DNA of 32,364 bases from Candidatus Uhrbacteria bacterium RIFOXYB2_FULL_45_11 (GTDB lineage: Bacteria; Patescibacteriota; Patescibacteriia; UBA9934; GWF2-40-263), in the NCBI GenBank assembly GCA_001791715.1, contig MGFD01000030.1:9246-41609 (forward strand). The letters run 5' to 3'. The position numbers and the translations under genes were made by a program. Under the pieces are notes generated by a model. It searched no databases. It worked only from the letters and a program-made list of their open reading frames with translations, and was not told the origin of the DNA. Shown here in pieces: positions 5,234-11,211 of this stretch. Position 1 is the first letter of the stretch. Each line of letters starts with the position of its first letter.

Positions 5234-7123
5234 ATGCAACTCGGACTACTCATGCTACTTGGAATTGTTTTCATTTTGGGGCCCGTCGCTGCGAATGTCG
5301 CTGGTCATCCCATGGGTGGGGTTCCGACGACACTTCTTGTTGGAACGGGTCTCATCTTGACTATCGTTTCCGCAGTTCTCGTCATAATCACAAAACTGTA
5401 CGTGAAGACCAAGGCAAACGAAGCCTTCGTTCGTACGGGTATGGGTGGCGTGAAGATTCTGCAGGATGGCGGCGCGATCGTGTTTCCGGTGATTCACGAG
5501 ATCGTCAAGATCACGCTCACTACCATTAAGCTTCAGGTCACGCGTCAGGGTGCAGATGCACTCATCACGCTCGACAAGCTTCGTGCAGATGTGGCAGCTG
5601 AATTCTTTGTTCGTGTGCAGCCCAACACGGAGAGTATCCAGGCTGCGGCGCGAAGTTTCGGTGCCAAAATGGATGATCTCGAATTTGTGACTCGGCTCGT
5701 TGAAGACAAGCTCATTTCCGCGCTGCGTACGGTTGCAGCAACGAAAACCCTTGAGGGTCTCAACACGGAACGCAATGCATTCATCGAGCAGGTAACGCTG
5801 ATCGTTGCGCCGGACTTGGCTCACAACGGCCTCACGCTCGAAACGGCCACGATCAGCAAGCTGGATCAGACGGATCCAAAGAACTTGCGCGATAACAACA
5901 TCTTCGACGCACAAGGGCTGAAGACGATTGCGGAAACGACACAAAAGGCAAAGACCGAGACGAACAATCTTGTTCGCGCCGGAGAGCTTGCGCGTACGCA
6001 GAAGGATGTGGAGACGCGTCAAGCAACGCTTGCACTCGAGCTCACGCAGAAGCAGGCGGAAGCAGATCAGGAAGCTTCTGTCGTTACGGTTCAGGCAGAG
6101 AAGCGGAGCGAGGGTCGTCGGAGGGCGATTGAAGCCGAGCGTCTGTCCGATCTTGCGGATGTGGAAAAGACCACGAACATCGAAGTTGCACAGCAGCAGC
6201 GCTCACAAGCAACGGAAGTTGCCGAGCGCGAGAAGCAGGCGGCTGTCGTTGTGGCGGAACAGAAGGTTGCAGTCGCCGAACGCGACAAGCAGTCTGCTGT
6301 TGCCGCCGCAGAACAGAAGCGTGCGTTGGCAGAAGCCCAGCGTGCGACAGCTGAAGCGGAACTCGAAAAGGCCAAGCAGTCGGTCACGACCGTTCAGGTC
6401 ACGTCCGAAGCGGAGCGAGCAGGTCGCAAACAAGTCATCGAAGCGACAGCTGCGGCAGAGAAGACGTATGTCACTGCGACCAAGCAGGCTGACGGTGATG
6501 CGTACAAGGTGCAGAAGGAAGCTGAAGGTCGCAAGGCGGCGGCAGCGGCAGATGCGGAAGCCATTCGCCAGAAGGCTGATGCGGAATCCGATGCGCAAAA
6601 GAAGAAGGCTGAAGGCGCTAAGGCTGAGCAGTCTGTTCCGGTCGATATCGCGTCGAAGCAAGTCGAAGTCGACAAGGCTCGCGGCATGATCCCCGTGGAC
6701 ATCGCTGCAAAGCAGGTCCTTGTGGACAAGGATCGCGTCGAGACCGTGCTCAAGCCCGAGCTCGAAGCGCGTGACAAGAACGGCAAGGCGGCGCAGGAAT
6801 TCGAACTCGCCAAGTTGCAAGTGACCAAGGAAGCCGAAGTCCGGATCGCGGCCGCGGGTGCTGTGGCTCAGGTTTACGGCAAGATCACGGCTACGGTCTA
6901 CGGTTCGCCCGAAGACGTTGCCAAGGTCGGCGCAGCTGTGGTCAGTGGTATCTCGAAGGCTACGGTCATCGAGAGTTTCATGGGCGAGGCTGGTCCGCTC
7001 ACCAAGGCTGGTCTTCAGGGTGCTCTCAAGTCCCTGCAGCACCTCGTCGACTCCGCGTCCGATCGTCTCAGTGGCGATGCGGCTGTGAAGTCCGGCGAAG
7101 CTCCCAAGGCCGACGAAAAGTAA
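5234..7123 (+). CDS. flotillin-family SPFH/band-7 protein (YqiK-like) with a long Ala/Glu/Lys-rich coiled-coil
   Basis: N-terminal TM, then KANEAFVRTGMGG..IVFPVIHE...LDKLRADV.. SPFH core, then a flotillin-type EA-rich repeat region. Confidence 0.85.
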   Translation: MQLGLLMLLGIVFILGPVAANVAGHPMGGVPTTLLVGTGLILTIVSAVLVIITKLYVKTKANEAFVRTGMGGVKILQDGGAIVFPVIHEIVKITLTTIKLQVTRQGADALITLDKLRADVAAEFFVRVQPNTESIQAAARSFGAKMDDLEFVTRLVEDKLISALRTVAATKTLEGLNTERNAFIEQVTLIVAPDLAHNGLTLETATISKLDQTDPKNLRDNNIFDAQGLKTIAETTQKAKTETNNLVRAGELARTQKDVETRQATLALELTQKQAEADQEASVVTVQAEKRSEGRRRAIEAERLSDLADVEKTTNIEVAQQQRSQATEVAEREKQAAVVVAEQKVAVAERDKQSAVAAAEQKRALAEAQRATAEAELEKAKQSVTTVQVTSEAERAGRKQVIEATAAAEKTYVTATKQADGDAYKVQKEAEGRKAAAAADAEAIRQKADAESDAQKKKAEGAKAEQSVPVDIASKQVEVDKARGMIPVDIAAKQVLVDKDRVETVLKPELEARDKNGKAAQEFELAKLQVTKEAEVRIAAAGAVAQVYGKITATVYGSPEDVAKVGAAVVSGISKATVIESFMGEAGPLTKAGLQGALKSLQHLVDSASDRLSGDAAVKSGEAPKADEK

Positions 7124-7153
7124 GCAATCGTTCGATTCGACGATCATCTCTCA

Positions 7154-7199
7154 CCTCTGAAATCAATGTGCATGCACAAAGATGTCAGAGGGTTTTTTT
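7154..7199 (+). terminator. terminator-like hairpin after the flotillin gene
   Basis: cctctga (7154-7160) pairs with tcagagg (7185-7191), followed by T7. The large loop carries a gtgcatgcac palindrome. Confidence 0.5.
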
Positions 7200-7282
7200 A
7201 TTGTGTTTCCCTTGACTTTTTATTAAAAAATGATACGGTGCGGCCGCTCGTTCTTGTTCCTTTTTCACTTGGAGGTGTGTTC

Positions 7283-8254
7283 ATGTCTGACTTTGTTGAA
7301 CAAACACGTTTGCGATTCGAACAGATGTTTCGTGGTCATCGGACAAGGTTGTCAGAGGTAGCCACACGTTGGCGTCCGGAAATGGATCAGCTCGCACATC
7401 GTGTTGTGGAACTTGTTTGTATGGATGGTCGGATCTCTCCGATCATGCCGTATGGTCTTGCTCCTATTGTTCCAATTGCAGGTGGGGTTCCGCAAGATCA
7501 GAATAAGCCCTATCAGGAATGGCTCAAGCGAAATGTTGGACGCGCAAAAAAAGAAAAGGGCGGACTCATTCAGCTTGTGCAACTTCACACAGAATGCGCA
7601 GCGTTTGATCGAAGTACCGATTTGGCAATTCGGGCCGCGACTCATTTTGACAAACGTGTTCATAAAGCCTATGCGGATGATGTGCACAACATCATTCTGC
7701 TCTATAACGTAATTCATGGAGGTGTGAGTATCTTTGAATCAACGCAACAGCGATGGTATGAACTACTCTCGCTCGATCGTGACCAGAAGCCAAATCCGGA
7801 TTCCGGTTTTTTCAAAGCCGGTTCCATGGCGGCAGGAAATGAAGACCTTGTTTCAGATCTCGCACGCATTGCATACATGGCACGCTTCACACGACAAATA
7901 GCTGGTCGTGTTGTGCAAAAACATCGTGAGCTCGGTATCGTCGCCGGAGACATCACTGTTCCGTGGCGAGGTAATGCAGATTTTCTTAGTTATCGCATGG
8001 ACTTGGTCGATGACACAAGTCACGTACTTCAGTTAAAGCGCGCTGCTGCTGTTGTGCGCGGTGCGCTCAACTCAAGTGGAAAATCTTGTGAACCAATTTG
8101 TATTTTTGTTGTGCGTCGCACAGAAGCCGCGCAAGAAGATGGAAAAAATTCGGTTCAGAAGATTCAAAAGCTTATTGCATCCGTTCTTCCTCAGGAAGAA
8201 GTTGTGCTTTTTCCGTATCACATAACGAAGGCAGATCATCTTGTGGCAGAATAG
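7283..8254 (+). CDS. hypothetical protein with a beta-carbonic-anhydrase-like CxDxR...HxxC motif pair
   Basis: GGAGG lies 7 nt before ATG 7283 (the ORF-track start at 7166 was rejected). VCMDGR places C46/D48/R50 and LHTECAAF places H102/C105, a C-to-H spacing of 56 aa. Confidence 0.6.
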   Translation: MSDFVEQTRLRFEQMFRGHRTRLSEVATRWRPEMDQLAHRVVELVCMDGRISPIMPYGLAPIVPIAGGVPQDQNKPYQEWLKRNVGRAKKEKGGLIQLVQLHTECAAFDRSTDLAIRAATHFDKRVHKAYADDVHNIILLYNVIHGGVSIFESTQQRWYELLSLDRDQKPNPDSGFFKAGSMAAGNEDLVSDLARIAYMARFTRQIAGRVVQKHRELGIVAGDITVPWRGNADFLSYRMDLVDDTSHVLQLKRAAAVVRGALNSSGKSCEPICIFVVRRTEAAQEDGKNSVQKIQKLIASVLPQEEVVLFPYHITKADHLVAE

Positions 8255-8264
8255 AACTCTTTAT

Positions 8265-8295
8265 CACTCTGATCAGAAATGACAGAGTGTTTTTT
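8265..8295 (+). terminator. rho-independent terminator
   Basis: cactctg-atcagaaatga-cagagtg followed by T6. Confidence 0.65.
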
Positions 8296-8357
8296 ATTCA
8301 ATCATCTGAAATAGATGAGTTTTTCTTTTGTGATATTCGATGTAAAATAAACCTGAT

Positions 8358-8615
8358 ATGAAAAAATATTGGTTCAAAGCAAAAACCTATGGCTGGGGTT
8401 GGTATCCTGTAACGTGGCAGGGGTGGCTTGTTATTGTCGGTTTTCTTATTTTGGATGTTGGGAATGTGTATCGGTTAGATTTGGCGCAGGGAACGACGAA
8501 CGAAAAAATCGCCCTTGAATTTGTTTTGGAGACTTTTTTGCTTATTAGTGCCCTTGTCTGGATTTGTTACAAGACCGGAGAAAAACCTGGTTGGAGATGG
8601 GGAAATAAAAAATAA
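8358..8615 (+). CDS. small Trp-rich membrane protein, hypothetical
   Basis: 85-aa ORF with two hydrophobic helices. A TAAAAT hexamer lies 9 nt before the ATG. Confidence 0.55.
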   Translation: MKKYWFKAKTYGWGWYPVTWQGWLVIVGFLILDVGNVYRLDLAQGTTNEKIALEFVLETFLLISALVWICYKTGEKPGWRWGNKK

Positions 8616-8625
8616 ATGATATCGT

Positions 8626-9423
8626 ATGGATTTTCTTCCTGTTTTGAAAGCGATCATTCTCGGAATTGTGGAAGGGGTGACGGAGTTTCTCCCAATCTCA
8701 TCCACAGGGCATTTGATTCTTGTAAATCAATGGGTTTCGTTTGATCCGGCGTTTACCAAACTATTCGATGTTATTATTCAGCTCGGAGCGATTCTTGCAG
8801 TCGTTGTGTATTTTCGAAACGAGATTTGTCCGTGCACGGCACCTAAGGAAAAACGTCCAGAGATTTTTGCCCTTTGGAAAAAGTTACTTATCGGTGTACT
8901 TCCTGCGATTGTGCTTGGCGCATTGTTTGCAAGTAAAATTGAAGAGAAGCTTTTTAATCCGCTCACTGTTTCTATTGCGCTTGTCATTGGGGGTGTTGCG
9001 CTTGTTATGATTGAGAAGCGTAAACACAAAGAAGTATTTACATCGATCAAACAATTGGGTGTTAAAACTGTTTTGCTCATTGGACTCTTTCAATGTCTCG
9101 CCATGATTCCGGGAACGTCTCGATCCGCTGCAACGATTATTGGCGCGCTGCTTCTTGGTGCATCTCGTGTTGTTGCGGTTGAATTTTCATTTTTTCTTGC
9201 GATCCCAACGATGATCGCTGCTTCCGGATATACGCTCATCAAACATTGGCAAAATCTTTCGAGCATGGATTTTGCTCTTCTTGCCGTTGGATTCCTCACC
9301 GCATTTTTTGTTGCGTATCTTGTCATTTCGCAATTCATGCAATTTATCCGAAAACACTCACTCGCTGTGTTCGGTCATTATCGTATTATTTTAGGAATTT
9401 TAATTTTGTTGTTTTTGAATTAA
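8626..9423 (+). CDS. uppP: undecaprenyl-diphosphate phosphatase
   Basis: GIVEGVTEFLPISSTGHLIL...PGTSRSAATI, the classic BacA/UppP motifs; 265 aa. Confidence 0.95.
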   Translation: MDFLPVLKAIILGIVEGVTEFLPISSTGHLILVNQWVSFDPAFTKLFDVIIQLGAILAVVVYFRNEICPCTAPKEKRPEIFALWKKLLIGVLPAIVLGALFASKIEEKLFNPLTVSIALVIGGVALVMIEKRKHKEVFTSIKQLGVKTVLLIGLFQCLAMIPGTSRSAATIIGALLLGASRVVAVEFSFFLAIPTMIAASGYTLIKHWQNLSSMDFALLAVGFLTAFFVAYLVISQFMQFIRKHSLAVFGHYRIILGILILLFLN

Positions 9424-9428
9424 TTTTT

Positions 9429-9506
9429 GTGTCATTCCGACCGACCAAAGGGAGCGGAGGAATCTCGCGTGTACGAGAGATCCCTCGGCTGCGCTCGGGA
9501 TGACAA
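9429..9506 (+). repeat. P1: GTCAT...ATGAC palindromic element directly upstream of the next start codon
   Basis: It shares tgtcat..., atctcgcgtKtacgWgagatccctcggctgcgct and cgggatgaca with 27163-27272. Outer arms gtcattccga / ctcgggatgac. Confidence 0.8.
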
Positions 9507-9514
9507 AGTAACGT

Positions 9515-10123
9515 ATGAATCGTCGCCTTGTTCCTTGGGCTTTATCTCTTGTTTTGGTGACGTTTTTTTGTTTGCTATTGTTGTTTGTTGTGCAAAGGAT
9601 GTATCGACAATCGGCAAATCATCCGCAGATTCAGATTGCGGAAGATGCGTCGGTGGCGTTCGAGCAAAATCAATTCACAAACGAAACACTCAAATCCAGC
9701 TTTGAATCGTTTGTCCCAAGCATTGGACAAGTCGATCTCGGTACAAGTTTGTCTCCGTGGATTCAGATTTATGACGCGTCTCATGAAGTGATCGAATCCT
9801 CCGTGTCGATTCAAGAAGCACAAACAACCCCGCGCGTTTCATCAGAACTGTTCGAAGGGCTTGCCAAGCATGATCAAATTCGTCTGACATGGCAACCACG
9901 AAAGGGGATTCGCCAAGCGATCGTCATCACAAAATTTTCCGGACTCAGAAGCGGATACATTGTTGTTGGTCGATCCCTTCGCGAGGTGGAAGATCAAATG
10001 AAAATTTTGACGGTGATTATTTCGGCAGCGTGGTTTGTGATGATGTCTATGATTGTGTGTACGGCTGCATGGACGTTTGGATGTTTTACAAAGTTTACGA
10101 AAGTAAACAAACTTCGTACGTGA
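9515..10123 (+). CDS. hypothetical membrane-anchored protein (N- and C-terminal TM segments)
   Basis: 202-aa ORF. No family recognised. Confidence 0.55.
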   Translation: MNRRLVPWALSLVLVTFFCLLLLFVVQRMYRQSANHPQIQIAEDASVAFEQNQFTNETLKSSFESFVPSIGQVDLGTSLSPWIQIYDASHEVIESSVSIQEAQTTPRVSSELFEGLAKHDQIRLTWQPRKGIRQAIVITKFSGLRSGYIVVGRSLREVEDQMKILTVIISAAWFVMMSMIVCTAAWTFGCFTKFTKVNKLRT

Positions 10124-10139
10124 TCTTTCGTTTTATTTT

Positions 10140-10148
10140 TGGTATACT
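10140..10148 (+). promoter_or_regulatory. candidate extended -10 (TGGTATACT) 8 nt before the ATG; possible leaderless mRNA
   Basis: tggtatact at 10140-10148, ATG at 10157, no SD. Confidence 0.3.
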
Positions 10149-10156
10149 GTGCACAT

Positions 10157-10678
10157 ATGCAAGAAGAGGAAACACAATCCGGTGTTTTTGAATATCACCC
10201 AGATGAGTTTGGGGATATTTTGGTGAATTGGGAGGTAGATGAATATCCACAACATGAACGTTCTCGCATGTGGTATATCCTTGCAGGCGTCGCTGGAGTT
10301 GGATTGATTATCTACGCCGTTTTTACGTCCAACTTTTTGTTTGCGATCATTATTCTCATGATCGCTGTCATCATGTTGCTTTCCATGTTCACGAAGCCAG
10401 AAAAGATCCCGGTGATTATCACAACAACGGGAATTATCGTCGGAGATATCTATTACGATTATCAGTCCATCAGAGATTTTTCTATTGTGTATGATCCGCC
10501 GGAAGTAAAATTGTTGTATCTGGATTTCTTTGCATTTTCGCACCCACTTTTGTCTGTTTCTCTTGAAGATGTGGACCCAAATATCGTCAGAGAAAACTTG
10601 TTGCCATTTTGTTTAGAGAATCTCAAGAGAAATCAAGAAGACTTGACGGATGTCATGCGAAGGCTGTATAAACTGTGA
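10157..10678 (+). CDS. hypothetical membrane protein
   Basis: MQEEETQSGVFEYHPDEFGD..., two central TM helices. ATG 10157 was preferred over the ORF-track start at 10139. Confidence 0.55.
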   Translation: MQEEETQSGVFEYHPDEFGDILVNWEVDEYPQHERSRMWYILAGVAGVGLIIYAVFTSNFLFAIIILMIAVIMLLSMFTKPEKIPVIITTTGIIVGDIYYDYQSIRDFSIVYDPPEVKLLYLDFFAFSHPLLSVSLEDVDPNIVRENLLPFCLENLKRNQEDLTDVMRRLYKL

Positions 10679-10687
10679 GTCTATTCT

Positions 10688-10764
10688 GCGCTCGTAGCTC
10701 AGCTGGATAGAGCATCAGCTTGCGGAGCTGAGGGTCGTAGGTTCAAATCCTGCCGGGCGCACCA
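10688..10764 (+). tRNA. tRNA-Arg (anticodon GCG), CCA encoded
   Basis: GCGCTCG TA GCTC AGCTGGATA GAGC A TCAGC TTGCGGA GCTGA GGGTC GTAGG TTCAAAT CCTGC CGGGCGC A CCA. A20, C35 and G36 fit Arg identity. Confidence 0.85.
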
Positions 10765-10772
10765 TAACAATT

Positions 10773-11102
10773 ATGGCTTGGGTATATATATTAAAAAGCG
10801 ATCTTGATGGTCGTTTTTATGTTGGAAGTACGACGGATATTGAGCGTAGAATTATTCAGCATGAACGAAATCAAACACCATCAACATATCGAATGCAGGC
10901 GCATAAACTGGTTTTCTCTCAAGAATATTCAACGCTTCGTGAAGCTCGAGAAATTGAGAGGCGACTTAAAAAACTGAAACGAAAAGATTATTTACAAAAG
11001 ATTATAAATGAGGGTTTGATTCGAATGCGACCTGGCGAGAGCCCCGACGCGCCGAATGATAAACTGTCGGCGGTCGGGGTCCCGACAATCGACAGTATTT
11101 AA
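10773..11102 (+). CDS. small GIY-YIG nuclease-domain protein
   Basis: MAWVYILKSDLDGRFYVGSTTDIERRIIQHE... The ATG lies only 8 nt after the tRNA-Arg CCA. The stop codon sits in the loop of a hairpin (arms at 11081-11094 and 11105-11119). Confidence 0.8.
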   Translation: MAWVYILKSDLDGRFYVGSTTDIERRIIQHERNQTPSTYRMQAHKLVFSQEYSTLREAREIERRLKKLKRKDYLQKIINEGLIRMRPGESPDAPNDKLSAVGVPTIDSI

Positions 11103-11120
11103 CGTGTCGATTCGTCGGGA

Positions 11121-11157
11121 CTGAGGGTCGTAGGTTCAAATCCTGCTGGGCGCACCA
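11121..11157 (+). repeat. duplicated 3' half of tRNA-Arg (direct repeat of 10728-10764)
   Basis: ctgagggtcgtaggttcaaatcctgcYgggcgcacca. 36 of 37 positions are identical to the 3' part of the intact tRNA. Confidence 0.9.
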
Positions 11158-11164
11158 CAAAAAA

Positions 11165-11189
11165 CTTGATCTTCACGATCGAGTTTTTT
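11165..11189 (+). terminator. terminator after the partial tRNA copy
   Basis: cttgatc-ttcac-gatcgag followed by T6. Confidence 0.55.
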
Positions 11190-11211
11190 GTTTTGCCCTC
11201 CCTCTGTTACC

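Noticed and set aside
5928-7147. Long alternative-frame and antisense ORFs inside the flotillin gene (5928..6689 +, 6203..7147 -, 6394..6828 -, and others)
   Set aside because: Their translations are Arg/Ser/Leu-rich low-complexity strings with no motifs. They are the expected by-product of a GC-rich, Ala/Glu/Lys-repeat coding region whose own frame gives a clean SPFH/flotillin protein.
10726-11121. Intron (for example group I) interrupting tRNA-Arg, with the GIY-YIG ORF as an intron-encoded homing endonuclease
   Set aside because: The upstream tRNA copy is already complete, with its own 3' half and CCA, so no splicing is needed. I also could not see group I core pairings by eye. An insertion with target duplication explains the layout better.
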